From NCBI GenBank assembly GCA_027451665.1, contig DAIDIW010000005.1, forward strand, positions 2,955 through 66,954: a DNA stretch of 64,000 bases. The letters are read 5' to 3'. This DNA is from Candidatus Kaiserbacteria bacterium. GTDB taxonomy: Bacteria; Patescibacteriota; Minisyncoccia; Phycocordibacterales; Phycocordibacteraceae. The notes below the pieces were generated by a model. It had not been told where the DNA came from. It was given only the letters and a program-made list of their open reading frames with translations, and made no database searches. Positions 36,195-46,554 of this stretch are shown here, one piece after another; the stretch's first letter is position 1; the number at the start of each line of letters is the position of its first letter. The translations under genes and the position numbers were made by a program.

Positions 36195-36773
36195 TTACTT
36201 AGCCTTCTCGACGCGCTCCACGTACGTCCCTTCATCGGTGTTGACGCGAATAACGTCGCCTGAATTGATGAAGAGCGGCACATTCACGGTACCGCCGGTC
36301 GCCACCGTGACGGGCTTCGTGCCGCCAGTGGCGGAGTCGCCCTTCACGTTCGGCGGGGCTTCGGTCACCTCGAGCTCGACTTTCACCGGGATGCGCACCG
36401 TGATCGGCTTGTCCTCATAAGTAACGACTTCTACCGGGGCATTTTGCGCGAGCCATTTCACCTTGTCGGCGACGGCGTCCTCGGCGAACGAGAAGCGGTT
36501 CTTAGGATTACCCTCCTCGGAGAACCAGCTCTCGCCGCGGTTCGTGTAGAGGTAGAGCGCCTGCAGTTTGCCCACTTCCGCCTCCTGCGCGGTCTCGCTC
36601 TGGTGGAAAGAGATCTCGACCACCTTCCCGGATACGAGATGGCGGAGCTTGGTTTGGTTCACTGGCTTCCTCATCTGCATGCGGAAGATGTGCGACGAGA
36701 GCACTTCGTAGGGCTCGCCGTTGTAGGTGATGACGGTCTTCGGGAGAATTTCGTTATAGCTGAGTACGGCCAT
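36195..36773 (-). CDS. efp: elongation factor P
   Basis: Three OB/KOW-like domains; SGKVVEISFHQSE...VELEVTEAPPNVKGDSATGGTKPVTVATGGTVNVPLFINSGDVIRVNTDEGTYVERV C-terminal EF-P signature. Confidence 0.85.
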   Translation of the reverse strand: MAVLSYNEILPKTVITYNGEPYEVLSSHIFRMQMRKPVNQTKLRHLVSGKVVEISFHQSETAQEAEVGKLQALYLYTNRGESWFSEEGNPKNRFSFAEDAVADKVKWLAQNAPVEVVTYEDKPITVRIPVKVELEVTEAPPNVKGDSATGGTKPVTVATGGTVNVPLFINSGDVIRVNTDEGTYVERVEKAK

Positions 36774-36846
36774 AGGATCGGAAGGCAGGATGCAGAACGC
36801 GAGAAGGCAGTCTGAAACCTGGCCCGGACGGATTTAGTTATAAAAA

Positions 36847-37467
36847 GTGGCCAGGACGGCCAATGAGCGTATGATACAAGCCGTGGCGACTTTTTCAAAG
36901 GCCGAGGGATATGACACCATGTCGGACGCCGAGCTTCTGGTGCTTAGCCGTCGGCATCCGGAATGCTTCGCGCTCATTGTGCGCCGGTACGAGGCGCCGC
37001 TCTTGCGTCGCGCTCGCACCATCCTCCGAAGTCCCGAGGACGCGGAAGAGGCCGTGCAGGACGCGTTCACGAAGATGTATCTCTACGCCGACCGGTACCG
37101 CCCGCAGGAGGGAGCTACGTTCTCATCCTGGGCGTACACCATCTTGAATCGCGTCGCGTACACGCGCTACCGTGCGTGCCGCAGCGAAGCGGACAAGCGC
37201 GCGGACTTCGATCCGGAGCAGTTCGAACGGCTACCGGATGCTCGCGCTGATTTCTTGGACGACCTTACGGTGCGCGATGAGGTGCTCGCGGCCCTCGCGA
37301 AGCTCCCTGAGGCAGCAGCGCGGCTTCTGCGGCTCCAATTTATAGAGGGGAAGAGTCAGGAAGAGATTGCGACGGGCGAGCGGCTCTCGATACCAGCGGT
37401 AAAGACGCGCGTGCATCGCGCGAAGAAGCTTTTCAAGAAGGCGTATGATGAACAGCACTATGACTGA
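36847..37467 (+). CDS. ECF-subfamily RNA polymerase sigma-70 factor
   Basis: Region 2 (EDAEEAVQDAFTKMY...FSSWAYTI) and region 4 HTH (QEEIATGERLSIPAVKTRVHRAKKLFKK). Confidence 0.75.
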   Translation: MARTANERMIQAVATFSKAEGYDTMSDAELLVLSRRHPECFALIVRRYEAPLLRRARTILRSPEDAEEAVQDAFTKMYLYADRYRPQEGATFSSWAYTILNRVAYTRYRACRSEADKRADFDPEQFERLPDARADFLDDLTVRDEVLAALAKLPEAAARLLRLQFIEGKSQEEIATGERLSIPAVKTRVHRAKKLFKKAYDEQHYD

Positions 37468-37795
37468 CCGACCCTCACGCATCGAAAAGACGGTCATGCG
37501 GCGCGTACGCATGATCTCGTTCGCGCGGCCATTGTGCTCGAGCGAAGCCTTCGCCGCGCTCCTCCTTGTCGCCGCGCTTTGGGCAATCGGCAGGGAAGTA
37601 TGGGTCGCGAAAGTGTTCTCGAACGGTCCGCATGATTTCGCGGGCCATGCCGAATACCTCGTGTATGCGTTCGAGCATACGCGCCTCGTAGTGCAGGCGC
37701 TCGTGCTCGTGACACTCGGTGCAACGGTCTATCTCGCGCAGGCAACCGCCCGAGTACTTACGGCGCACTTCGTGCCAGGAGGTCAGAGGATCTAG
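37445..37795 (+). CDS. putative anti-sigma factor (2-TM membrane protein)
   Basis: Overlaps the 3' end of the sigma factor gene. Two hydrophobic helices. No motif. Confidence 0.35.
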   Translation: MMNSTMTDRPSRIEKTVMRRVRMISFARPLCSSEAFAALLLVAALWAIGREVWVAKVFSNGPHDFAGHAEYLVYAFEHTRLVVQALVLVTLGATVYLAQATARVLTAHFVPGGQRI

Positions 37796-37871
37796 GCGAT
37801 GGGGTAGCAGAATCGGGGAAGCGCGCTCGCGTGCATTTGCACCTTGGCTGCCTCATCGAAGGAAAACGAAT

Positions 37872-38918
37872 CTATGCTTCCTTCAGCTTCTCGTGCACTC
37901 GTTTCAGGATCTCCTTCGCGACGGCCGGATGTTCCCTCAGGTAGGTGCGGGTCGCGTCGTACCCCTTTCCGATAGTCTCCTCGCCGAATTTGTACATGGC
38001 GCCGGATTTTGAGATGAGTTCATATTTCTCGCCGAGCGCGATGAGCTCTCCCTCGCGGCTAATACCCTCGTTATAGAGGAGGTCGAATTCGGTCGTCTTG
38101 AAGGGTGCGGCGACCTTGTTCTTCACGACCTTCACGCGCACGCGCCCGCCCACGACCTCCTCGCCCTTCTTGATCTGTGCGATGCGGCGGATATCGAGGC
38201 GCACCGACGTATAGAACTTGAGCGCTTTGCCGCCGGGTGTAGTCTCCGGATTGCCGAACATGACGCCAATCTGCATCCGGATCTGGTTTATGAAGATGAC
38301 AATGGTCTTTGAGCGCGCGACAATCGAGGTGAGCTTTCGGAGCGCCTGGCTCATGAGGCGCGCCTGCTTGCCGACGTGCTGCTGGCCCATCTCTCCTTCG
38401 ATCTCGTCCTTCGGCGTGAGTGCCGCCACCGAGTCGATGACGATGACATCGACATTGCCGCTGCGCACGAGACTCTCCACGATATCGAGCGCTTGTTCGC
38501 CCGTGTCCGGCTGGCTGATGAGGAGTTCTGAGAGTTTCACGCCGATCTTGCGCGCGTATTCCGGATCGAGCGCGTGTTCGGCGTCCACGAATGCTGCAAT
38601 GCCGCCGCCTTTCTGCGCTTCCGCGATCGTATGGAGTGCCAAGGTCGTCTTGCCGCTCGATTCCGGGCCGAAGATCTCGATGATGCGTCCGCGAGGAAGA
38701 CCGCCGATACCGAGCGCCGCGTCGAGGCCGATCGAACCGGTCGAGATGGACGGTATCTTCTCGGTCTTGCCGGCGCCAAAGGTCGTGATGGCTTCATCGC
38801 CGAATTTCGTGCGGATCTCCTTGAGTGCGAGCTCGATTGATTTCTGCTTTTCGTTCTTATCCGAGGTCGTCGCGGCGACTTCCTTCGGGGCTTTCACGGT
38901 TTTTGGTTTGGCAGGCAT
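37872..38918 (-). CDS. recA: recombinase RecA
   Basis: [12 protein letters not shown] Walker A, L1/L2 loops, VIDSVAAL; near-complete match to the RecA consensus. Confidence 0.95.
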   Translation of the reverse strand: MPAKPKTVKAPKEVAATTSDKNEKQKSIELALKEIRTKFGDEAITTFGAGKTEKIPSISTGSIGLDAALGIGGLPRGRIIEIFGPESSGKTTLALHTIAEAQKGGGIAAFVDAEHALDPEYARKIGVKLSELLISQPDTGEQALDIVESLVRSGNVDVIVIDSVAALTPKDEIEGEMGQQHVGKQARLMSQALRKLTSIVARSKTIVIFINQIRMQIGVMFGNPETTPGGKALKFYTSVRLDIRRIAQIKKGEEVVGGRVRVKVVKNKVAAPFKTTEFDLLYNEGISREGELIALGEKYELISKSGAMYKFGEETIGKGYDATRTYLREHPAVAKEILKRVHEKLKEA

Positions 38919-38942
38919 ACGGGTTGGGGTTATAGGGGTATA

Positions 38943-39266
38943 TTACGGTACGAAAATGTCGCGACGTTTTGTCACGCTCCGACCGAACCGGTCGGTCGCC
39001 GTGAAGGTGAGTATGTCGCCCCCCTTGGGGAGGATGAGCGACGTCGAGAACGAACCGTTCTGGTCTGGGATGAGCGGCGTGCCGTCGAAGGTGAGCGCAA
39101 CTGTGCGCGCGGCGTGACCTTCCACCGAGAGCACGCCGCCGGGCAGGGAAGAGTCATTCTTTGGTGTCGCGATTGCGAGCGAGGGTCCGATGAGGAGCGG
39201 GCGCGCTTCGAGGAAGCCGTATCCGGCGAGGATAATGAGGAGCGCAGCGATGAGGTATCTCGTCAT
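38943..39266 (-). CDS. small membrane-anchored hypothetical protein
   Basis: N-terminal TM (YLIAALLIILAGYGFL). Downstream of and co-oriented with ftsK. Confidence 0.4.
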   Translation of the reverse strand: MTRYLIAALLIILAGYGFLEARPLLIGPSLAIATPKNDSSLPGGVLSVEGHAARTVALTFDGTPLIPDQNGSFSTSLILPKGGDILTFTATDRFGRSVTKRRDIFVP

Positions 39267-39271
39267 AGGCG

Positions 39272-41494
39272 TCAGAATACGGATTCCTCTTCGTCGGGAA
39301 CGCTCGCGCCGCCGCCGGTGAGGATCTCGCGCGGCTTCGAACCGTCGGCTGGGCCAATGACGCCCTTGGCTTCGAGCACATCCATAAGGCGGGCGGCGCG
39401 GGAGTACCCTATCTTCAGCTTCCGCTGAAGATAGGAGGTGGATGCACGTCCTGCTTCCTCGACGGCATGCTTCGCGTCCTCATAGAGGTTGTCGTCCATG
39501 TCGTCATCCTCGAAGGAGCCGCTCGCGATGCCGATGGTGTCGGCTGCGTCCGTGACGAGAACGCCGTTTCCGCCCATGTCGATAGTGGAGAGATCGCCCG
39601 CGTTGTGGCTCTTTATGTAGCCGGCCACCTTTTTCACTTCCGTTTCGCTTATGAATGCGCTCTGGAGGCGTACCGGCTTCTGCATGTCGCTCGCGAGGTA
39701 GAGCATGTCGCCCGCGCCAAGCAGGGTCTCGGCGCCCGATCCGTCGAGGATGGTGCGCGAATCGATCTGGCTCGCCACTTGGAGCGCGAGACGTGTTGGG
39801 ACGTTCGCCTTGATAAGGCCGGTGATCACGTTCACTGACGGGCGCTGCGTCGAGAGGATGAGATGGATACCAACCGCGCGGCTCATCTGAGCGAGGCGCA
39901 CGATCGCGCTCTCAAGTTCGCGCGGATAGCTCTGCATGATGTCCGCGAGCTCGTCGATGACGATGATGATGTAGGGCATGGCTTCCGGCATGTCCTCGGC
40001 ACCCTTCTTCTTCGCCGGCTCATATACGGAGACATGGTAGCTCTCGATGTCTCTCACCTGTTCCGTCTCAAGCACGTTGTATCGCCGCTCCATTTCCTTC
40101 GTCGCCCATTTGAGTGCCAGGATGGCCTTCTTTGGATCAGTAATGACGGGTGTGAGGAGGTGAGGGATGCCGTTGTAGAGTGTGAGCTCGACGCGCTTCG
40201 GGTCAATCATGATGAGGCGCAGCTGGTTCGGTCCGTTCCGATAGAGGAGGGAAGTGATGAGCGCATGGATAGCGACCGACTTTCCGCTTCCCGTCGCGCC
40301 CGCGACGAGCGCATGCGGCATCTTCGCGACGTTTACGTAATGCGGTGTGCCAGTTATGTCGCGTCCGATAGCGGCGAGGAGCGGTTTCTTGCTCTCTTGC
40401 CAGTCCGGGGAAGAGAGTACGCCGCCGAGGCCCACCATCGCTTTCGTCGAGTTCGGCACCTCGATGCCGACGAGCGACTTGCCAGGAATAGGCGCTTCGA
40501 TGCGCACGGGATGCGCGGCCAGGGCGAGCTCGAGGTTCGAGGCGAGCGATACGATCTTCGAGAGTCGCACGCCTTCCGCCGGCTTCACGGCGTAGCGGGT
40601 GACGGTGGGACCGACCGATACCTCGTCCATCTCTACGTTTATGCCGAAATTTTGGAAGGTGCGCTTTATGATGTTTGCGTTCGCCTTGATGTCTCCCGTT
40701 CCCGGCTTTCCCTTATCCTCGCCGAGGATCGAGAGCGGCGGCGCGTCATACTCCGCATCGATATTCTTGATGCCGGTCGCAGCGGGCACCACCACACCCC
40801 CAAAGACGCTCACCACCGGCTCGCGCTCGGGTATAGGTGCATCCTCCTCCGGTTCCTCAGCCTTATCTTTGCCGGCTGTCGGTTCGTATGCTCGCTCGTT
40901 TTCAGCATAGGCGCCGCCGACGGCGTAGTCATCCTCCTCTTCGTCCATATGGCGGTGAGCGAGTCGTTCGTGCACGCGCTCGGTCGCGGAGAGGAACAAT
41001 GTTCCGAGGCTCTCTAGATCGCTTACGATCACGATGCCTATCGCGATAATCGCGATGAGAAGTACGAGCGTGCCCCAGAACCCGAAGAAGTCATTCAGGG
41101 CTGTACCCAGCCAATTGCCTGCTTCGCCGCCCCAGCCGGTAGCAGGAAAGAGTCCGGCGAAGGCGAGCACGGATGCGGAGATGAGCAGGTATCCGGCGGC
41201 ATTGAGCGGCGCGAGCGTAGGCCGTCCGAATCCTGCATAAAGTCCCACGGCGACGAGTGCGAGCGGCAGAAGGAAGGCGCCGATACCGACGATTGCGTAC
41301 GCGAATGCGAAGGCGGCTCTGCCGGCGGGACCACCCGCTCCGAAGATCGAGAGGGCGAAGAGCACGCCGGCTGCCAGAAGCACGATGGCGCTCGCCCAGC
41401 GTATAAGTGCATCGTATTCCTTCACCTCTGCTTCGCGAGATGGGCGCCGCGCACCAGACTTCCTTGCGGCTGTTCGAGCTTTTCCCCGTGACAT
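39272..41494 (-). CDS. ftsK: DNA translocase FtsK/SpoIIIE
   Basis: N-terminal 4-5 TM helices. Motor domain with PHALVAGATGSGKSV Walker A, LIMIDPKRVEL, IVIDELADIM Walker B. C-terminal gamma wHTH. Start taken at MSRGKART (ORF extends to 41782). Confidence 0.85.
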   Translation of the reverse strand: MSRGKARTAARKSGARRPSREAEVKEYDALIRWASAIVLLAAGVLFALSIFGAGGPAGRAAFAFAYAIVGIGAFLLPLALVAVGLYAGFGRPTLAPLNAAGYLLISASVLAFAGLFPATGWGGEAGNWLGTALNDFFGFWGTLVLLIAIIAIGIVIVSDLESLGTLFLSATERVHERLAHRHMDEEEDDYAVGGAYAENERAYEPTAGKDKAEEPEEDAPIPEREPVVSVFGGVVVPAATGIKNIDAEYDAPPLSILGEDKGKPGTGDIKANANIIKRTFQNFGINVEMDEVSVGPTVTRYAVKPAEGVRLSKIVSLASNLELALAAHPVRIEAPIPGKSLVGIEVPNSTKAMVGLGGVLSSPDWQESKKPLLAAIGRDITGTPHYVNVAKMPHALVAGATGSGKSVAIHALITSLLYRNGPNQLRLIMIDPKRVELTLYNGIPHLLTPVITDPKKAILALKWATKEMERRYNVLETEQVRDIESYHVSVYEPAKKKGAEDMPEAMPYIIIVIDELADIMQSYPRELESAIVRLAQMSRAVGIHLILSTQRPSVNVITGLIKANVPTRLALQVASQIDSRTILDGSGAETLLGAGDMLYLASDMQKPVRLQSAFISETEVKKVAGYIKSHNAGDLSTIDMGGNGVLVTDAADTIGIASGSFEDDDMDDNLYEDAKHAVEEAGRASTSYLQRKLKIGYSRAARLMDVLEAKGVIGPADGSKPREILTGGGASVPDEEESVF

Positions 41495-41712
41495 TGCAAG
41501 GTCAATTGTACCACCAGGATGCGACGTCAGGCAGAAATCACGAAGCAAATGAATGGAAGGCGCGTCCCTCGATTCCGAGACAGCTTGCACCCAAGTGAGT
41601 CGGTTGCAATCTTCACCCTGACCGGGAAGAAGGCGCTGAGGAACCCTCGTGGACGGCTGAAAGACAGTTGCGGGAGAGAGCAGGGCGCGTATACTTGTCC
41701 TTAACAATCTAC

Positions 41713-42501
41713 ATGGCGTCCGATAGCTTAAATGGACAAGTAAGAGACATACAGACGCATGGTATGCGAGACAAGGACGCACATAATGATGACTTCGTCC
41801 TAGAGAAGAGCATATTCTCCAATATATTTGAAAGAGACATAAAACGAGTCTATATCTACAAGAAGGCCGAGCGGCTGGCGAAGGCCATCCACCTCATCGC
41901 GCCGGCATTCGTTGACTCGGCGTCCTTGAGAAACCGGGTAGACAGCATTGCGATAGGGCTCGTTGACGCCGCAATCCGTCCGCCGGTGGCCGCCCGTGCG
42001 GCGCTTTCTCGGGAGCTGCTCGCACTCTCGAGTGTGCTCTCGATCGCGCGGACAGGAGGAATGCTTTCGAGCATGAATGCTGAACTTATTGCGCGAGAGG
42101 CGCACCTGCTCCTCCAGGAGGTGGCCGCCTACGAAGAGCCCCGGCTTTTCCTCGATGACGTGCCGTCGCTCGCAGAGATTGCAAAGCGCGCAGGGAAGGA
42201 ACCGGTAGCGCGCCCGCATGCAAGCGCGCCCGAGAAACCGCGAGCGGCCGCCGCTAGTAAAGGACATGGAAAGGACAATCCCATAAAGGACACATATGCG
42301 GACGGGAAATTGCACGGGCGACAGGAGGCTATCCTCGAGGTGCTTCGCGGGCGGCCGGAAGGCGCGGGCATAAAGGATGTCTCGACAGTGATCCGCAATG
42401 TCTCGGAAAAGACAATCCAACGAGAGCTCATGGCGCTTATCGACGCGGGTGTGGTCCGCAAGGAAGGGGAGCGAAGGTGGAGCACCTATTACATTGTGTA
42501 G
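41713..42501 (+). CDS. hypothetical protein with C-terminal winged-helix domain
   Basis: C-terminus GRQEAILEVLRGRPEGAGIKDVSTVIRNVSEKTIQRELMALIDAGVVRKEG resembles a wHTH. N-terminus is AT-richer. Confidence 0.4.
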   Translation: MASDSLNGQVRDIQTHGMRDKDAHNDDFVLEKSIFSNIFERDIKRVYIYKKAERLAKAIHLIAPAFVDSASLRNRVDSIAIGLVDAAIRPPVAARAALSRELLALSSVLSIARTGGMLSSMNAELIAREAHLLLQEVAAYEEPRLFLDDVPSLAEIAKRAGKEPVARPHASAPEKPRAAAASKGHGKDNPIKDTYADGKLHGRQEAILEVLRGRPEGAGIKDVSTVIRNVSEKTIQRELMALIDAGVVRKEGERRWSTYYIV

Positions 42502-42989
42502 GCATCTCGATTTTCTTACGCAGCCGCGCGAGGGTCTTGAAGGGCTTAGGAATAGGGCTGCAGAGATGAGTTTTCTTGTAAAGATCCAGGCGGCCGGAGG
42601 GAATTACTTAGAACACCGTAAGATTTTGACTCCTGCGCTCGTCTTTGCTAAAGTGCTGTCTGTGATAGCGACTGGGGAATAGTGCGCGCGAGAAGGCCGG
42701 GCCACGGTCTCTTTTTCGTGGCTAAAAACCTAGTTGTTATCCACACAGGCGTGCCAGAGATGCCCGATATCCCGCTATACTACAAACCAGTCCTAGCGGG
42801 GGACTCGGTCTCTCTCTAGGCGGGCACTTTGATAACCGAATAGCGGCTTTGCAAACCGCATGACTCTTGCCAGCTAACCCTGGTGCGCGCAGGTCGATAC
42901 CGCGCGCAACAGGGATAGTGTGATTGAAAGTGCGCAGTGCGAAATCACCATTGATTAATCAGTGCTCCTAAAAAATTCTTAACAACGTT

Positions 42990-45900
42990 ATGCAAACGGT
43001 AACTACGAAAGCGATCGCGAAGGTCGCGGCGGTAGCGACCAGCCTTGCGATGGCAGTGTCCGTCGTCGGTGCACTTCCGGTGCACGCGGCGTCGCTCACG
43101 CAGTCGCAGGTGCAGTCGATTCTCTCGCTGCTCTCTTCCTTCGGCGCAGACAGCGCCACGATCGCGAACGTCCAGGCGGCTCTCACGGGCCAGCCTTCGA
43201 CGAGCGGTTCCACGGGTAGCTCGACTTCGGGCAGCTCGATGTCTTCCTGCTCCTTCACGATGGACCTCCATATGGGTTCCTCGGGTAGCGACGTGACGTG
43301 CCTTCAGAAGGCACTCATGGCGGCAGGCTACCAGATCCCGGCTCTTTCGTCGGGAGCGGCTTCCTACGGCTACTTTGGCGGCCAGACACAGACCGCGGTA
43401 ATCGCGTGGCAGAAGGCAGTCGGCGTCTCTCCGGCGTCCGGCTACTTCGGCCCGATCTCCCGCGCACATTGGAACCTTGGCGGTGGCAGCTCGACCGGCT
43501 CGACCGGCGGCTCCACGGGCGGTACGACGGTGACGGGCAACGGCCTCAAGGTCTCGCTCTCGCCGACCAGCCCGAACGGCTCGGTTCTCGTGCAGGGCCA
43601 GGGCATCGGTGATCTTGGAGACTTCGTCTTCTCGAACCCGACCAGCGCTCCGATCAATGTAACGGGCCTCACGTTCAACCGCATCGGCGTGTCGAATGAC
43701 TCGACGATGACGAACGTGTACCTCTACAACAACGGTACGCGCATAACTGACTCGGCAGGCGTTTCGAGCGGCCAGTTCTCCTGGACGGACTCGAACGGTC
43801 TCTTCACGGTTCCGGCCGGCGGCACCTACACGGTCTCCGTCCGCTCGGACATCGCGCAGAACACCTCGGGCCAGCAGATCGGTGTCTCGCTCGTCTCGGT
43901 CTCTTCGACCGGCACGCTCGATTCTTCGGTCAGCTTCCCGATTAACTCGGGCTACCAGACGATCTCGGCTGCGAACCTTGCAACGGTTCAGTACGGCTCG
44001 AACATCACGCCTAGCAGCACGACGATCAGCCCGCAGAATGACTTCCCGGTCTGGCAGGATACGATTTCCGTCTCCACCAATCCGGTGAAGCTCACCTCGA
44101 TGCGCTTCACGAACCTCGGCTCGATTGATGGCTCCTACCTCACGAACCTCCGCCTCTACGTGGATGGTACGCAGGTCGGTTCAGCGATTACGTCGATGGC
44201 GAACACCCAAACGGTAACCTTTGATCTCTCGAGCAACCCGGTGCTGCTCTCTACGCAGAGCCACACCATCAAGGTGCTCGCGGATATCACGGGCGGTGCT
44301 TCCCGCACCATCCAGTTCTCGGTGCAGCGCACCTCTGATGCGATGTTCGTGGACAACCAGCTCAACCAGCCGGTTACTCCGCAGAACAGCACGGGCGGTA
44401 CGGCAGGTTCGATGAACGCCGGCACGATCACCATCAACTCGGTCTCGGGTTCGACGGGCGTCTCGGTATCTCGCGATGCCGGCTCCCCGACTCAGCAGGT
44501 AGCGGTTGGTGCGACGAATGTCGACTGGGCTGACTTCGACATGCTTGCTTCGGGCGAGAACGTGAAGGTCTCTGACCTCTACGTTTACGCTGCGACCTCC
44601 ATACATCATGGAGGCCTCAACAACGGCAAGATAATGGTTAACGGCGTGCAGGTTGGTTCGACGAAGGCTATTGGTGAGGGCTCGTCCAACAAGACGGACT
44701 TCTCGCTCGGCTCTTCGCTCATCCTTCCGGCTGGCCAGACGACCAAGGTCTCGGTCTACGCTGACGCGCAGACTTCGACCTCGACTAACCTGAGCAACAA
44801 CGAGACGGTCGCGGTGTCCCTCTACGGTGCATCTAACCTCTCGAATGCGCAGGGTCAGTCGTCCCTCCAGACGGCGAACGTCCCGTCGACCACAGTGAGC
44901 GGCAACACCATTACGGTGTCCAGCTCGCAGCTTACGGCGACCAAGTACTCTGGTTATGGCAATCAGACCATTATTGCGGGCACGAACAACGCCAAGCTTG
45001 GCGCGTTCACGCTCTCGACTGGTTCGACTGAGGGCGTGACGGTGAACACCGTTGTCCTCACGATGAGCTCGGCGAACGCTGCGTCCATCACGAACCTCAC
45101 CTTGAAGGATGATGCGACGGGTGCGACGATCGGCTCGGTCATAACGACCCCGTCCTCGTCGAACTCGTTTGCGGTGAACTTCGACGTCCCGGCTTCCTCG
45201 ACGAAGACGATCGATGTCTACGGGAACGTGCTCTCGGGCGCAAACGACGGTCCGATTGTGATCTCGGTTGACGGCGCGACGAGCGGTGTTGGCGACAGCA
45301 CCGGTACGGCGGCGGCGGCTGGCACGTCGGGTACGGCGGCGGCTACCCTTCAGACCGTATCGGTCGGCACGGGTACGCTCGGCGTCTCGACGGGTGCTAA
45401 CTACCAGACGTCTGCAAACGTTCTCGCGGGTGCAAGCTCCGTGAACGTCGGTGAGTTCACCTTCACGGGCTCGAACTCGTCATACACGGTTAACAACCTT
45501 GCTATTCTTGTCCCGAACAATGCGGCGACTTCGGTAACGAACGTCACGCTCTCGTACAAGGATCCGAATGGCAATGCGAAGACCGCGACGCAGGCGCTCC
45601 AGGTCAATTCTTCGAAGCCGTACGCGACCGCGACCTTCACCGGTCTCGGCATGTACGTCCCGATGAATGACTCGGCGAACCTCGACGTTTCGGTCGGTGT
45701 CCCGACCATCTCGTCTGGCGCAAGCTCTGGTGCAAAGATCTCGGTGAAGCTCGACACGAGCTCTGCTGACTTCCTTGCACAGAACAGCGCTGGCTCGGTA
45801 GTCACGAGCATCTCGGCTACGCCGACTGCTGCAAACGGCACCTTCGTAGTCCGCAAGTCGATCCCGACCTTCGCTACTATCCAGCCTACGAGCACGGTCC

Positions 45901-46388
45901 CGGGAACGGGTACGCCGCTCTACAAGTTCAGCATTACGGCTGATCCGGCTGGTACGATCGACTGGTCGCAGATTACGTTCAATGTGTCGACTTCCTCGGC
46001 TACGCTCTCAGGCTTCTACCTGACGAACGATAGCTCGGGCCAGGCGATCAACAGCTCGAACGTGAATGCGGCCTCGGGTGGCTTGGTAACGTTCAACCTT
46101 GCGAATAACTCGGGTCTCCCGACGTATCAGCAGGTTGGCGCGGGTTCGACGCAGACGTACGACCTGTACGCGACGTCGGTCACGCTCAGCTCGAGCTACT
46201 CGGTCTCGATCAGCCTCGCATCTGACAGCACCTATGCTGCCAATGCTGCGGCTTCCTCGATTGCGAGCGGCAATAAGGTTGTCTGGACCGATCGTTCGGG
46301 CAACAGCGACAGCCTCTCGACGACTGACTGGACCAACGGCTACCTCCTCCAGAACTTCACTTCGAGCGGCGTAAGCTACTCCAAGTAG
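42990..46388 (+). CDS. giant secreted surface protein: signal peptide, PG_binding_1-like domain, ~1000 aa Ser/Thr/Gly-rich beta repeats
   Basis: Signal MQTVTTKAIAKVAAVATSLAMAVSVVGALPVHA. CLQKALMAAGYQIPALSSGAASYGYFGGQTQTAVIAWQKAVGVSPASGYFGPISRAHW fits the peptidoglycan-binding domain. The rest is low-complexity S/T/G/N/V. Confidence 0.65.
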   Translation: MQTVTTKAIAKVAAVATSLAMAVSVVGALPVHAASLTQSQVQSILSLLSSFGADSATIANVQAALTGQPSTSGSTGSSTSGSSMSSCSFTMDLHMGSSGSDVTCLQKALMAAGYQIPALSSGAASYGYFGGQTQTAVIAWQKAVGVSPASGYFGPISRAHWNLGGGSSTGSTGGSTGGTTVTGNGLKVSLSPTSPNGSVLVQGQGIGDLGDFVFSNPTSAPINVTGLTFNRIGVSNDSTMTNVYLYNNGTRITDSAGVSSGQFSWTDSNGLFTVPAGGTYTVSVRSDIAQNTSGQQIGVSLVSVSSTGTLDSSVSFPINSGYQTISAANLATVQYGSNITPSSTTISPQNDFPVWQDTISVSTNPVKLTSMRFTNLGSIDGSYLTNLRLYVDGTQVGSAITSMANTQTVTFDLSSNPVLLSTQSHTIKVLADITGGASRTIQFSVQRTSDAMFVDNQLNQPVTPQNSTGGTAGSMNAGTITINSVSGSTGVSVSRDAGSPTQQVAVGATNVDWADFDMLASGENVKVSDLYVYAATSIHHGGLNNGKIMVNGVQVGSTKAIGEGSSNKTDFSLGSSLILPAGQTTKVSVYADAQTSTSTNLSNNETVAVSLYGASNLSNAQGQSSLQTANVPSTTVSGNTITVSSSQLTATKYSGYGNQTIIAGTNNAKLGAFTLSTGSTEGVTVNTVVLTMSSANAASITNLTLKDDATGATIGSVITTPSSSNSFAVNFDVPASSTKTIDVYGNVLSGANDGPIVISVDGATSGVGDSTGTAAAAGTSGTAAATLQTVSVGTGTLGVSTGANYQTSANVLAGASSVNVGEFTFTGSNSSYTVNNLAILVPNNAATSVTNVTLSYKDPNGNAKTATQALQVNSSKPYATATFTGLGMYVPMNDSANLDVSVGVPTISSGASSGAKISVKLDTSSADFLAQNSAGSVVTSISATPTAANGTFVVRKSIPTFATIQPTSTVPGTGTPLYKFSITADPAGTIDWSQITFNVSTSSATLSGFYLTNDSSGQAINSSNVNAASGGLVTFNLANNSGLPTYQQVGAGSTQTYDLYATSVTLSSSYSVSISLASDSTYAANAAASSIASGNKVVWTDRSGNSDSLSTTDWTNGYLLQNFTSSGVSYSK

Positions 46389-46426
46389 TTCCTGACGGAA
46401 CGCTCAAGCTAGGATTCGCCTAGCAA

Positions 46427-46459
46427 CAAACAGCCCCCTCTTCGGAGGGGGCTGTTTGC
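46427..46459 (+). terminator. rho-independent terminator (caaacagccccctc-ttcg-gagggggctgtttg)
   Basis: Perfect 14-bp stem after the giant protein gene. Confidence 0.5.
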
Positions 46460-46554
46460 ATTTGGGAGGTAATTTGTTGTTTCGGTGTAAGACGGGTTCG
46501 AGTTCCTGACCGGCACCTCAATTATTTAGGGGGTTCGGCGACCAAGGAGCAACT

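Noticed and set aside
38218-39117. 299-aa plus-strand ORF overlapping recA
   Set aside because: Antisense to recA (near-perfect RecA consensus on the minus strand).
39863-41017. 384-aa plus-strand ORF overlapping ftsK
   Set aside because: Antisense to the FtsK motor domain (Walker A/B present on the minus strand).
43000-46388. Repetitive Ser/Thr/Gly-rich sequence considered as a possible CRISPR or tandem-repeat array
   Set aside because: Repeats are imperfect and in-frame within one long ORF (protein-level low complexity), with no direct-repeat/spacer periodicity; no cas genes in the window.
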